A stretch of DNA of 64,000 nt from Halorutilales archaeon Cl-col2-1 (GTDB taxonomy: Archaea > Halobacteriota > Halobacteria > Halobacteriales > Afararchaeaceae), in NCBI GenBank assembly GCA_041891055.1, contig CP169074.1, positions 416,001 to 480,000 of the forward strand, in the 5' to 3' direction. Numbering within the stretch: the stretch's first letter is position 1; each line of letters opens with the position of its first letter. The notes under the pieces were generated by a model. That model was not told where the DNA came from. It ran no database searches and saw nothing but the letters and a program-made list of their open reading frames with translations. The position numbers were made by a program, and so were the translations under genes. Below, in pieces: positions 32,002-42,036 of this stretch.

Positions 32002-32868
32002 ATGAAAGGAGAAGACACCGATGAGGTAATAAGAAAGATACGCGAGGTCGAGATACAGGGAGCGACCTCGGTCGCGAGAGAGGGAATCCGTCTTCTGCGA
32101 CGTATGGAGGAAGCAGGTAGGAGCCGCGACGAAGTCGAGGACGTAGCAGAGAGACTCCGGGAAGCGCGTCCGACTGAGCCACTTCTATTCAACTCGCTCG
32201 ACATGGCTCTCGGAGGTCGGGAGAGCTACGACGCCATACTCGGACACATAGACGAGTCGCGTGACGAGATAGTATCTAACGGAAGAGGGATTCTCAAGGA
32301 CTCCGAGGTGGTCTACACACACTGTCACTCGTCGACAGTCACACGTGTTCTGAGGCAGACCTACCGAGACACCGACTTCGAGGTACGTGCGACCGAGACA
32401 CGTCCTCTCTACCAGGGTAGAGAGACAGCCAGAGAGCTCTCGAACAGCCGTATTCCGACGAGTCTCTACGTCGACTCGGGGGCGCGTCTCGCACTCGAAG
32501 GGGTCGGAGAAGACCCAGCCGATGTGATGTTGATAGGTGCCGACGCTGTCGGATCGAGAGGCAACGTCATAAACAAGATAGGAAGCCGTGTCTTCGCAAA
32601 CGTAGCCGACTCGCTCGACGTTCCTGTCTATGTACTCGCCGACTCGTGGAAGTACCTCCCCGATGTCGAGGAAGAAGTCGAGAAACGTCTTGAGAGACGT
32701 GACCCCGACGAAGTCTGGGAGGAGGCTCCCGACGGAGTCGATGTCGTCAACTACGCCTTCGAGTTAGTGCCTAACGACGTCTTAGAAGGGATAGTCACCG
32801 AGATCGGAATTATAGAGCCCGGTGAGTTCGGGGAAAGAGTAGAGTCGGAGTATCCCAAACTCGCTTAG
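32002..32868 (+). CDS. Ribose-1,5-bisphosphate isomerase-like protein (eIF2B family)
   Basis: IQGA, RPTE, THCHSS, TETRPLYQG, GADA, NKIGS. Confidence 0.82.
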   Translation: MKGEDTDEVIRKIREVEIQGATSVAREGIRLLRRMEEAGRSRDEVEDVAERLREARPTEPLLFNSLDMALGGRESYDAILGHIDESRDEIVSNGRGILKDSEVVYTHCHSSTVTRVLRQTYRDTDFEVRATETRPLYQGRETARELSNSRIPTSLYVDSGARLALEGVGEDPADVMLIGADAVGSRGNVINKIGSRVFANVADSLDVPVYVLADSWKYLPDVEEEVEKRLERRDPDEVWEEAPDGVDVVNYAFELVPNDVLEGIVTEIGIIEPGEFGERVESEYPKLA

Positions 32869-32870
32869 GC

Positions 32871-34097
32871 TTAAGCCATTATCGAGGCGAGGTCAATCTC
32901 CTCTTCGAGGAGCTCGTGCTCGTGTCCCTCGATGTCCATCTTGTCCTCTATTATCTTCGTGAGCTTTCCGACGGGACGTACGTTTCCTATGAGTATCGCA
33001 CCGATGAGACGTCCGTCCTTGTAGCACAGTCTTCTGTACTCTTTCTCGCCGTACTTCCTCGACTCGTAGGTGTCAGCCATCGGCGGGCTTCCGAGCGATA
33101 TGAACGGCATCGAGAAATGGGCGACCGAGTAGGTTGAGACGAACTCGAACGCCTCGGCGTCGTCGGGGTTGAGCATGTTCTTCGCGGCGCGCTCACCCTG
33201 TGCCATCGCTGAGTCCCAGGAACCGTTCGTCTTGTACTCCTGTGTGATCGGGTCGTAGAACTCGGCTATGTCTCCCGCAGCGTAGATGTCCTCGTCCTTC
33301 GTCTGGAGTGTCTCGTCGACGACTATGCCGTCGTTTGTCTCGACCTCGGTTCCTTCCATGAGATCGGTGTTGAGGTCGAGTCCTATACAGACACCGGCTA
33401 TGTCACAGTCATAGACCTCTCCCGAGGTTCCGACACACTCCTCGACGCTTCCCATGCGGTCGACTCCGAATCTCTCGACGCCCTCCTGGAAGACGGGCTC
33501 GACTCCTATCGATCTTAGCTCGTCGTGGATTATCTCAGCGCCGTCCTTGTCGATGCCGTATCTCCACCATCTGTCTCCTCGCATGAGGTACTTCGCGTCG
33601 ACGTTGTTCTCCCCCATCGCGTACGCGAAGTCTATTCCGAGGAGACCCGCTCCGACTATGACGCCCGAGTCGGCTTCCTCGGCGTCTCTCCTTATTCTGC
33701 GCGAGTCGACGAAGGTCCAGAAGTTGTGTATTCCGTCGGCGTCTCCGTGTGGTACGGGAAGGTTCCACGGCTTACCTCCTGCGGCGACGAGGAGCTTGTC
33801 GTACTCGACTGTCTCCTCGTTGTGGAGTATTACCTGACTGTTGTCGTTGTCTATCCTGTTGACACGTGTGTTGAGCATCAGGTCGATGTCATTCTCGTCG
33901 TACCACTCCTCGTCATGCATCCTGATCTCTTCCTCGGGCATCTTGCCCTTGGCGTACTCCTTTATATTTATACGGTTGTAGAGCGGCTCGGGCTCGTCGG
34001 TAATAACCGTGATTTCTGCGGAGTCAGACTCCTCCCTAAGCGTCTCTGCTGCGGTTGATCCCGCGATTCCGTCTCCGATAATTACGTATTCAGACAT
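32871..34097 (-). CDS. NAD(P)/FAD-dependent oxidoreductase (ferredoxin/rubredoxin reductase-like)
   Basis: IIGDGIAG, VGAGLLG, IYAAGD. Confidence 0.88.
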   Translation of the reverse strand: MSEYVIIGDGIAGSTAAETLREESDSAEITVITDEPEPLYNRINIKEYAKGKMPEEEIRMHDEEWYDENDIDLMLNTRVNRIDNDNSQVILHNEETVEYDKLLVAAGGKPWNLPVPHGDADGIHNFWTFVDSRRIRRDAEEADSGVIVGAGLLGIDFAYAMGENNVDAKYLMRGDRWWRYGIDKDGAEIIHDELRSIGVEPVFQEGVERFGVDRMGSVEECVGTSGEVYDCDIAGVCIGLDLNTDLMEGTEVETNDGIVVDETLQTKDEDIYAAGDIAEFYDPITQEYKTNGSWDSAMAQGERAAKNMLNPDDAEAFEFVSTYSVAHFSMPFISLGSPPMADTYESRKYGEKEYRRLCYKDGRLIGAILIGNVRPVGKLTKIIEDKMDIEGHEHELLEEEIDLASIMA

Positions 34098-34176
34098 TCG
34101 TATTGTTCGGAAGTACCTTCATTTATATATATTAATTGGTATGTTCCTGTGTGCCAGTGTGACTTACCACAGGCTG

Positions 34177-34572
34177 TCAGTCTATCGACTCGAAGAATCC
34201 CTCGGGCGGCTCAGTGGGTGTCCAGTCTCCTTCCTCGACGACTACGGGAGTGATCTCGCCCTCTACCGCAGGATCGTCGTCACCGTTCTTGTAGACCTCG
34301 AATCCGACAGTGAAAGACGTCTCTCCTGTCTCTTCCACCCGAGCCACGACCTCGATCTCATCGTCGTATCCTAGGGCGTCGTTGTAGTTAGCCTCGGCGT
34401 TGGCTCTGGGTATGTCGTATCCCTCGTCATGGAGTCTGTCGAGCGACCAGCCCGCCTCTCTCAGAAGCTCCATCTCTGCGTCCTCGAAGTACCTGAAGAC
34501 GCTGGCGAAATGTATCTGTCCCGAGGCGTCGGTGTGTCTCCATCTCACGCGTGTCGAAAACGTGTGTTCCAT
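34177..34572 (-). CDS. Acyl-CoA thioesterase (4HBT/YbgC-like)
   Basis: RVRWRHTDASGQIHFASVFRYFEDA hot-dog motif. Confidence 0.85.
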   Translation of the reverse strand: MEHTFSTRVRWRHTDASGQIHFASVFRYFEDAEMELLREAGWSLDRLHDEGYDIPRANAEANYNDALGYDDEIEVVARVEETGETSFTVGFEVYKNGDDDPAVEGEITPVVVEEGDWTPTEPPEGFFESID

Positions 34573-34924
34573 GTAGTCGGCTTTGGCGAGACACGACTTA
34601 TCTACTTCGGAGACTTTCCCTTTCCTCTCTCTGGACAGTTTCCTGTGCCTCTTTCTTGGCTTGGCGTTTTCGAGACTCTCTGGTTCGAGTTAGTTTTTCC
34701 ACAAGCCACTCGTCTATCGACTTTTTTCGGGTTCAGCGGGCTTTTCAGAGGACATCTCTGTATCTCTCGATTGGTTCTTGTATTCTTCTGTTGGGTCATA
34801 TAATACCTTCTTACTCTTCCGGTGGCTCTTTAGTAGAGTGGTGTCAAATAGGAGGAATCTCGAACCTGATCATCGAAAGTGAGCGATATACGTGTCAGCT
34901 TCTCACCGAACTCGACAGCCGTTC

Positions 34925-35353
34925 TCAGCCGATTATACCGAACCCTGCCCAAGCTCCGTGTACGACTCCGTAGACGAGATGGAAGAAAAGAGACATTCCC
35001 AACATCTTCGTCCTAATCTTGACGCCGAGTATCAGTCTCATCCAGAAGCCGACGCCTATTACGAAGAGGAGAACGCCGTACATAGAACCCCAGAGTACGC
35101 CGCTGTCTACGGTTCCTATGTCTATCTTGAGTACACCCGCGGCGTGCTCGAAGACACCACCAGCGGACGCTCCGTATACTAAGTGAAGCGCCAGACCGTG
35201 TAACGTGTACTCTTCGGGGCTCGCGCCACCGATGTACTTCGACCAGAATATTGCTGTGAGAGGTGGTGATTCGTCTCCGAGTAACTCCATGAATACCGTC
35301 ATGACTACGGTGGCTATCAGTCCCCCCACGAGACCGTTGACTACGGATGACAC
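34925..35353 (-). CDS. Four-TM membrane protein
   Basis: GGLIATVVMT and twice-repeated HLVYG motif. Confidence 0.75.
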   Translation of the reverse strand: MSSVVNGLVGGLIATVVMTVFMELLGDESPPLTAIFWSKYIGGASPEEYTLHGLALHLVYGASAGGVFEHAAGVLKIDIGTVDSGVLWGSMYGVLLFVIGVGFWMRLILGVKIRTKMLGMSLFFHLVYGVVHGAWAGFGIIG

Positions 35354-35436
35354 TCTATAACATAGACGTCGGGGCTTAATAGTTCCAGCGTGGTTGTGGT
35401 GGGTTTTGGAACTCGTGGACAGAAATAGAAATGGAC

Positions 35437-35955
35437 TCAGGCGACCTCGAACACGACCTTCCTCTCCTCTACGCCGTCATCCATGTCTATCCCGACTACT
35501 TCGAGGGAGACGCCGTCTATCGGGAGGTCGTCCCAGCCGAGACTCTCGAACTCTATCTCGTTAGTGCCGTCACGGAAGACGTACTCCCTAACTTCCTTGA
35601 GTACAACACCGTCGTCGTTGAGTTCGAGTTTTCTCCGTGTCTCCGGCACGTCGGCTACGTCTGTGTCAACCGAATCTATCTTGAGTATCACCGACTTCTT
35701 GTCCTCTGATTCGCCCCTAAAGCCTATGCCGACAACTTCGAGACGGACGTCCTCGACGGGAAGCTGGCTCCACTGGAGTTCGTCGCGTGGAACCTGGACG
35801 GGATAGTCCTTGAAGACGCTCTCCGTAATCTCGTTGAGAAGTAGACCCGAGTCGTTTATCTCAAGAACGTACTGTATCTCCTCGTCGTAGAACTCGGGGT
35901 ACTTGTCGAGACGGCTGTCTGAGTCGGAGAACGACTGTTTTCGTCTTTTCGACAT
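35437..35955 (-). CDS. Hypothetical acidic protein
   Basis: Acidic ORF with internal repeat (LQWSQLPVEDVRLEVVGI / LGWDDLPIDGVSLEVVGI). Confidence 0.65.
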   Translation of the reverse strand: MSKRRKQSFSDSDSRLDKYPEFYDEEIQYVLEINDSGLLLNEITESVFKDYPVQVPRDELQWSQLPVEDVRLEVVGIGFRGESEDKKSVILKIDSVDTDVADVPETRRKLELNDDGVVLKEVREYVFRDGTNEIEFESLGWDDLPIDGVSLEVVGIDMDDGVEERKVVFEVA

Positions 35956-36003
35956 CCTCGGGCTTTCTTCGTCTCCCCGAGTTAAGATTCTGTCGCTATG
36001 GTA

Positions 36004-38580
36004 CTACTGTCTCCTCCGACGTCTTACGACTGAGACAGCGGCTACCACGGCGACAGCGACTAATACGGTTACGAAACCGAAGCCAGGCTGATCTTCACCC
36101 TCCTCGCGCGACTCGTTCAGCTCTCTCAGACGCTCCTCTAAGCTCTGCCTCTCCGACTCTAAGTCGTCTATGCTCCGGCTCAGATTCTCGTTCCGGCTCG
36201 TGAGATTCTCTATTCGTGTCTCAAGCTCCCTGTTCTCCGTAGTGACGTTCTCTATACGTGACTCAAGATCCTCTATCTCCGAGGTTAGGTCGTCACGGCT
36301 CCTCATCTCCTCGGCTCTGCGTTCTCCCTCGGCGACGACACGTACAGTCACAGTGTCCGAACTCTCACCGTCGCCGTCCTCGGCTCTGAGGACGTACTCA
36401 TCTGTTTCGAGACCCTCAGTGTCTACCGACGCCGACCACTCTCCGGTCTCCCTGTTCCACGTCTCGACGGTCACGAGAGGGAGTTCGTCGGCGGAGGCGC
36501 CCTCAGTAGCCTCGAGAGTTATGGATGTGTCGTCGGGGTTACGGTTAGTGGTTCCTCTCACAACTGCGGTCTCACCCAGTTCTAATGTACGTACTCCCGT
36601 AAGGTTCGCAAACGAATCAGGAACCACGTCATCTATCTCAGTACTCGGCGACGCTACTCTTATCTCGTCCCTCTGGAGTAGGTCGTCGGTTCCCCTCTCG
36701 TCGGCTGACTCGCTCAGAATCCTCTCGACTATCTGATCCTTCGCGAGACCCCTCCTATCGAATCCCTCGACGAAGCTGCTGAATGAAGACGCCGATCTAG
36801 TCGAAACGGGCTGTCCTCTCGCGCTCGTCGCGGAGCCGTCGCCGAACTCTCCGTCTCTTCCCGGCGTAGTAGCCAGAACCGTCGCGTCTCCCCGACGTAT
36901 ATCGCCGAGGTCGATGTTCTCCTCAAACAGGTTGTTGTCCCCGACGTCTATGACCTCCGAGACTACACGTCCTCTCTCACCTATTACCGACACAACGACT
37001 TCGTCGGAGCCGACCGAGACACCGCTAACGTGGAGTCTGTCGCCCTGAGCGACCTCATCCGCTGTCATACGTGCCGAGAAGTAGGGCCCGACCGACCTCA
37101 GACGGTTACGGCTCGGACTGTACTCCGAGATCTCAGACGGAGGTATACGTACGGGTATCGGGTCGGGAAGCGAGTCGGCGTTCACGGCGGCGATCTGGTA
37201 GGTTCCGGGGTATCTGAGTATCTCCCTTCCGGCGTACTTCTCGTCGGAGAGTACGACGTCTCTAGCCACCCACGTACCGTCAGCCCTCACGCCAGTCGTG
37301 TTCCTGCCGTTTAGCTGGAGAAGAGTCCAGTCTCCCCTGTCCCTGACGTAGATTGCTATCCCGTCGACGCCTGACGACGCCGTGCCGCGGAGTGTGGTGC
37401 TGTCACCTATGGCGTACGAGAAGCCGCCTATGTTAGTGACTATACGTCCCTCTTCGACTCGTAAGCCTCTGTCGTCGGCGTCTAATCCGTCCTCCAAAGC
37501 TTGTCTTGCCCTACTCCGTGTGTTCCTTCCCTCAAAGAGAGTGGCTGTCACACGCGTGTCGTCGAGGAGTCCCGTGTCTATGATACCGATTCCGACTCCG
37601 TCATCGTCGATCTCAACCACTCCGTAAGCGAATCCCTCCGTGCTACCCGTCTCGATAGTGTCGCCCGCTAGACGGAAGACATCGTCGGGATTGGCATTCT
37701 GGTTACGCAGGTCTTGTATGGGTATCCCGACCGCGTGGTATCTTCCGGGATCAGATCCCACAACCGTAAACCTGAGTCTCTCGCCCTGTGTCACTGTGCT
37801 TCTTTCGAGGCTAAGAGCCGGACGTGTCTCGGCTCCGACGTCTATATTAACTGACTCGGTCGCGTCACCGAAGTCGAGGTCGTCGACTCCCTTCACGGTG
37901 AGGCTATGGCTCCCGTCGTCAAGCTGATCGAGGTCTATGAGCCAGTAAGCCGTCCTGTGTCCAGTCGTTCCGATACCCTGGCTCTCACGTTCGAGGTATC
38001 CGTTGTTAAATCCCGACGGGAGTATCTCCTCCTGATCCTCCGACGGACTGTCCGAGAGTGCCTCCCTTACTACGTTCACGCCTCGGTCGTCAGTGAGTTC
38101 TAGCTCTACGTCCTCAGCGTCAGCGAAGTTCCACGTAGCCCTGACGAGTAGCTTCTGGTTCTGTCTCAGACTACTTCCCGATCCTATCTCGACCCCGAGA
38201 TGGTTGTACATGTCAACTGAGACTATACGCGGCTTGGCGACCAGAGCCGTGACATCCGTGTCAGCGTACCTACCGGTCTCCTGTGACCTCGGCACAGATG
38301 AGACGAGTTCGAGCTGTTCGCCCTCGGCGCCGCCGTTCGGAACTCCGGTGAGTATACTATCCGAAATGTCGGTGCCGTTAGGGTTCTTCCAGCCCTGTAT
38401 GTCCTCCTCTCCCTGGAAGACACGGTAGTAGCTGTCGGCGTCGAGGATTATCTCGCCTGTGCCCTCGGCTTGATCCCAGTCCTCGCGTGGGGACGACTGA
38501 GCCACTGCGGTAGTAGCCACCGCACCTAAGACGAACATTGTTATTATGAGGGCAACAGACAGCTTTGTTTTCGTGGGCAT
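36004..38580 (-). CDS. S-layer-glycoprotein-like surface protein with coiled coil and PGF-CTERM anchor
   Basis: Sec signal; GRDGEFGDG and GTTNRNPDD motifs resembling haloarchaeal Csg; QPGFG-TM-RRRRR archaeosortase A signal. Confidence 0.85.
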   Translation of the reverse strand: MPTKTKLSVALIITMFVLGAVATTAVAQSSPREDWDQAEGTGEIILDADSYYRVFQGEEDIQGWKNPNGTDISDSILTGVPNGGAEGEQLELVSSVPRSQETGRYADTDVTALVAKPRIVSVDMYNHLGVEIGSGSSLRQNQKLLVRATWNFADAEDVELELTDDRGVNVVREALSDSPSEDQEEILPSGFNNGYLERESQGIGTTGHRTAYWLIDLDQLDDGSHSLTVKGVDDLDFGDATESVNIDVGAETRPALSLERSTVTQGERLRFTVVGSDPGRYHAVGIPIQDLRNQNANPDDVFRLAGDTIETGSTEGFAYGVVEIDDDGVGIGIIDTGLLDDTRVTATLFEGRNTRSRARQALEDGLDADDRGLRVEEGRIVTNIGGFSYAIGDSTTLRGTASSGVDGIAIYVRDRGDWTLLQLNGRNTTGVRADGTWVARDVVLSDEKYAGREILRYPGTYQIAAVNADSLPDPIPVRIPPSEISEYSPSRNRLRSVGPYFSARMTADEVAQGDRLHVSGVSVGSDEVVVSVIGERGRVVSEVIDVGDNNLFEENIDLGDIRRGDATVLATTPGRDGEFGDGSATSARGQPVSTRSASSFSSFVEGFDRRGLAKDQIVERILSESADERGTDDLLQRDEIRVASPSTEIDDVVPDSFANLTGVRTLELGETAVVRGTTNRNPDDTSITLEATEGASADELPLVTVETWNRETGEWSASVDTEGLETDEYVLRAEDGDGESSDTVTVRVVAEGERRAEEMRSRDDLTSEIEDLESRIENVTTENRELETRIENLTSRNENLSRSIDDLESERQSLEERLRELNESREEGEDQPGFGFVTVLVAVAVVAAVSVVRRRRRQ

Positions 38581-38673
38581 GTCTATTGCCGTATATAACT
38601 CAAGGAATAAAACAGTAGCTCCAAAGAACTTAAACCAACAGAGGAATTATATTGATTTTCAGAACTGCCGGAG

Positions 38674-39084
38674 TCAGTAGCCCTGTTTTATGACCTCGCC
38701 CTTCGCGAAGGTCTTCTTGACGTCGTCTATCCTTATCGTGACGGTATCGTCGACGTCGGTGTTGGGAACGAAGATAACGAAGTTTCCGTCGACCTTAGCG
38801 ACTCCGTCGCCGTCGTCTCCGAGGCTTTCGATAGTGACCTCACGTATCTCGCCTTCTTCCACAGGCGGACTGTAAGCCTGTGATCCGTCGGAAAGATCCT
38901 CCGACTCTATATCCATACTCTGACTTTCTGTCGGCGAGACCTGCTCGAAGACACCGAACCTGTAACTTCCTCTCTTCTCGATCTCACCGTAATCTATCTC
39001 TGTCTTAGGGACTTCGATGACGTAGGAGTCATCGCGCTCTTCGACTCGTGAATTGAACAGACATAGGAGGTCTTCCGGAATCAA
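38674..39084 (-). CDS. TRAM-domain protein
   Basis: PPVEEGE..IESLGDDGDGVAKV..FVIFVP. Start codon uncertain. Confidence 0.85.
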   Translation of the reverse strand: MIPEDLLCLFNSRVEERDDSYVIEVPKTEIDYGEIEKRGSYRFGVFEQVSPTESQSMDIESEDLSDGSQAYSPPVEEGEIREVTIESLGDDGDGVAKVDGNFVIFVPNTDVDDTVTIRIDDVKKTFAKGEVIKQGY

Positions 39085-39156
39085 TTTCGTTCACTCATAT
39101 AAATTTAGGCTCGGTTCGACTTGTATCCACCGACTTAGACCGATAAATGACTCTGT

Positions 39157-39573
39157 CTACTCGACTGAGGTGAGATAGACGGCTACGACTGCGAGTGAGA
39201 TACCCACGATCTTTCTTGTGGTTACTGACTCGCCGAGGAAGACCATTCCCACGACCGAGCTAGTGACTATGAACATCCCGAATATCGGAACCACGACGCT
39301 GATCTCTCCCATCGAGAGCGCCCTGTAGTACGACAGTATTCCAACTGCGAGGAAGACTCCTGCGGCGTAGACGTAGACCGAACGCGGCTGTGTGAGGTAG
39401 GGACGTACTGACCTTCCCTCGAAGACGACAACCCCTGCAGTTATGACTACGAGTATCGAGTTCGAGATCATAGCAGCGACGTCACTCGGTATCTCCTCGG
39501 TAGCTGCCTTCATGAGGATCGGAACCATCGTATACGACCCAAGTGCTACGACTGCCCAGGCTACGTAGTTCAT
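39157..39573 (-). CDS. EamA/DMT family transporter
   Basis: YYRALSMGEISVVVPI...FLGE.VT.RK. Start at ATG 39573. Confidence 0.88.
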   Translation of the reverse strand: MNYVAWAVVALGSYTMVPILMKAATEEIPSDVAAMISNSILVVITAGVVVFEGRSVRPYLTQPRSVYVYAAGVFLAVGILSYYRALSMGEISVVVPIFGMFIVTSSVVGMVFLGESVTTRKIVGISLAVVAVYLTSVE

Positions 39574-39654
39574 ACTGAGCCGTCTTCTCTCAGACGGATA
39601 CGTCTTCCGTCTGTGTCTTATCGGCGATAGATATTTAAGAGGGGAGCTACTACT

Positions 39655-40098
39655 ATGAGATACGTTATCACACAACAGGTAAGAATGTTTAGATGTAACT
39701 GTCAGAACCCCGAGACTGAGGACAGACTTAGAGTCAACATCTCCGACGCGGGCGCAGGGACGCGAGTAACTGTTTACAGGAGCGGGGAGCCCGTAGAGTC
39801 GGAAGATTCGGAGATAGACCACTCAGTGTCCGAAGCCTACTGCCCGAGATGTGAGGAGACGGCGGAGTGGGTTGATCCCTCCGACGAAATCTACCCCAAC
39901 GACTTCGTTGTCTTCGAGTGGAAGGGCAGGGAGAGACAGGGTGAAGTCTACCGTATAAAGGCTGAGTCTGACAGGATAATCATACAGGAGTACACCGAGA
40001 GCGGTAAGCCCAAGAACGGTGTCGTAAGAGGAGTCGAGAGGGAAAAGGTCGATCTTCACTCCGAGGGGCGTCCTCTCGTGAGTCAGGCTGACTCGTGA
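39655..40098 (+). CDS. Hypothetical protein with CxC / CxxC motifs
   Basis: FRCNC...YCPRC, acidic composition. Confidence 0.6.
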   Translation: MRYVITQQVRMFRCNCQNPETEDRLRVNISDAGAGTRVTVYRSGEPVESEDSEIDHSVSEAYCPRCEETAEWVDPSDEIYPNDFVVFEWKGRERQGEVYRIKAESDRIIIQEYTESGKPKNGVVRGVEREKVDLHSEGRPLVSQADS

Positions 40099-40150
40099 CC
40101 TTTTCGGCATAACGTAACTGTTTTGATACTTTCGGTCACACAGGGAGTAG

Positions 40151-41491
40151 ATGTGTGTCCGAAGAAGAGTAAAGGTAGATCTGTCTCCCGTCGAGGTATA
40201 CGACGCCTTGGACGGTGACGTTATTCTCGAAGGAACCCAGAGAGGCTGGGAGACCACGTACGTCGGAGCCGATCCGTTCGGGAGCTTTCGTTACACGAGG
40301 AGCGACTCAGGGGACGACGGTCTCGGGGGGCTCTCCGACTGGCTCGACAGCTTCGAGGACGGGTTTGAGGGAACCGGAGCGAGAGCCTTCGGATATATAG
40401 GATACGAGATCTCGGAGGAGATAGAGGACACTGTCGAGGTCTCAACCTCTCCGGAGTACGGTCTTCCCGACATAGCCTTTGACATATACGGCACTGTCGT
40501 GGAGATAGACGACAACACGGTGGTCTCGGCGGTCGAGTACCCCGGACAGTCAGTACCAGCCGAGAGACGCGCTGAGGAAGCTAAGGAGGCTCTTCTCGAC
40601 TATGACGGCTTCAGACGTGTCGGATCAGATGAGGTAGATATCACCGAAATAGAGTCGAACTTCACCCAGGAGTCCTACCGAGAAGCCGTCGAACGAGTCA
40701 AGGAGTACATACGTGAGGGCGACACCTTCCAGACTAACATCTCACACCGCCTGAGCTTCGAGACAGACGCCGATCCACTCAGACTCTACTCCGAGCTTCG
40801 ACGGACAAACCCAGCGCCGTACATGGGCCTTCTGAGTTACGGAGACTACGCCGTCGTCTCGTCGAGTCCCGAGCTTCTCGTGAGGAAGAACGGTGAGGCT
40901 GTCGAGACGCGTCCGATAGCGGGGACACGTCCGCGGAGTGACGATCCCAACGAAGACGAGAGACTCGAAAGACAGCTCAGAAACAGCAGTAAGGAGATAG
41001 CCGAACACTCGATACTCGTTGACCTTGCACGTAACGACCTCGGAAAGACCTCGGAGTACGGAACTGTCGAGGTCGAGTCCTTCGCGGGTATCGAGAAGTA
41101 CGCCGAGGTTCAGCATCTCGAATCCGTCGTAAATGGGAAGAAACGTGACGACGCCGACCTCGTCGACGTGATAGAGGCAGTCTTCCCCGGAGGAACCGTT
41201 ACGGGGGCTCCGAAGCCACGTACCCTCTCGATAATAGACGAGACGGAGCCTCACGAGAGGGGTCCTTACACGGGTTCGATGGGGGTCATAGAGCCCGACG
41301 GAGACATGACACTCAACATACTCATAAGAACAGTCTTTAAGGACGGCGATGAGCACCATCTCCACGTCGGCGGAGGCGTCGTACACGACTCAGGTCCGAA
41401 GGTTGAGTACGACGAGACGCTTCAGAAGGCAGAGGGGAGTCTGAGAGCTCTGGGTTCGTCAGTAGATACGGGTGAGGTGACCAAACAGTGA
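40151..41491 (+). CDS. pabB: Aminodeoxychorismate synthase component I
   Basis: GDTFQTN, NPAPY, SSSPE, PIAGT, VDLARND, FPGGTVTGAPK; clustered with pabA and pabC. Confidence 0.88.
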   Translation: MCVRRRVKVDLSPVEVYDALDGDVILEGTQRGWETTYVGADPFGSFRYTRSDSGDDGLGGLSDWLDSFEDGFEGTGARAFGYIGYEISEEIEDTVEVSTSPEYGLPDIAFDIYGTVVEIDDNTVVSAVEYPGQSVPAERRAEEAKEALLDYDGFRRVGSDEVDITEIESNFTQESYREAVERVKEYIREGDTFQTNISHRLSFETDADPLRLYSELRRTNPAPYMGLLSYGDYAVVSSSPELLVRKNGEAVETRPIAGTRPRSDDPNEDERLERQLRNSSKEIAEHSILVDLARNDLGKTSEYGTVEVESFAGIEKYAEVQHLESVVNGKKRDDADLVDVIEAVFPGGTVTGAPKPRTLSIIDETEPHERGPYTGSMGVIEPDGDMTLNILIRTVFKDGDEHHLHVGGGVVHDSGPKVEYDETLQKAEGSLRALGSSVDTGEVTKQ

Positions 41492-42036
41492 TTGCGATAG
41501 TCGACAACTACGACTCTTTCGTTCATAACCTAGAGCAGTACGTCGGCGAGTTCACGGAGGTCGAGGTGGGGAGGTACGACTCGCCGCCAAAGGACGCCGA
41601 CGGCATAGTATTCTCACCGGGTCCGGGAACCCCCGACGAGGACGAGTTCGAGGTCATGCAGGACGTACTCCGCGAGACCGACGTTCCCGTCCTGGGAGTC
41701 TGTCTCGGACACCAGTCGATAGCCGACTTCTTTGGCGGCGATATTCGATACGCCGACGAGGTCGTCCACGGCAAGACGTCAGAGATAAGCCACGACGGAA
41801 GGGGAATCTTCGAGGGACTACCCGACCCGATGGAAGTCGGGAGGTACCACTCTCTCGTGATCGACGACACGCCCGACGAACTCATCGTGACGGCTCGGGG
41901 TGCGGACGAGATAATGGGAGTTCGTCACGAGACTCGTCCCCTCTACGGCGTCCAGTTCCATCCCGAGAGCATTCTCACTCCCGAGGGAAAGAGTCTGGTA
42001 AGAAACTTCGTGGAGATAGTCGAGAATGAGCGGTAA
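41488..42036 (+). CDS. pabA: Aminodeoxychorismate synthase glutamine amidotransferase subunit
   Basis: DNYDSF, SPGPG, GVCLGHQ, RYHSL, QFHPES. Confidence 0.9.
   Translation: MIAIVDNYDSFVHNLEQYVGEFTEVEVGRYDSPPKDADGIVFSPGPGTPDEDEFEVMQDVLRETDVPVLGVCLGHQSIADFFGGDIRYADEVVHGKTSEISHDGRGIFEGLPDPMEVGRYHSLVIDDTPDELIVTARGADEIMGVRHETRPLYGVQFHPESILTPEGKSLVRNFVEIVENER

Noticed and set aside
39104-39120. TTTAGGCTCG half-site upstream of the TRAM gene
   Set aside because: No CTAAA arm, so not a palindrome.
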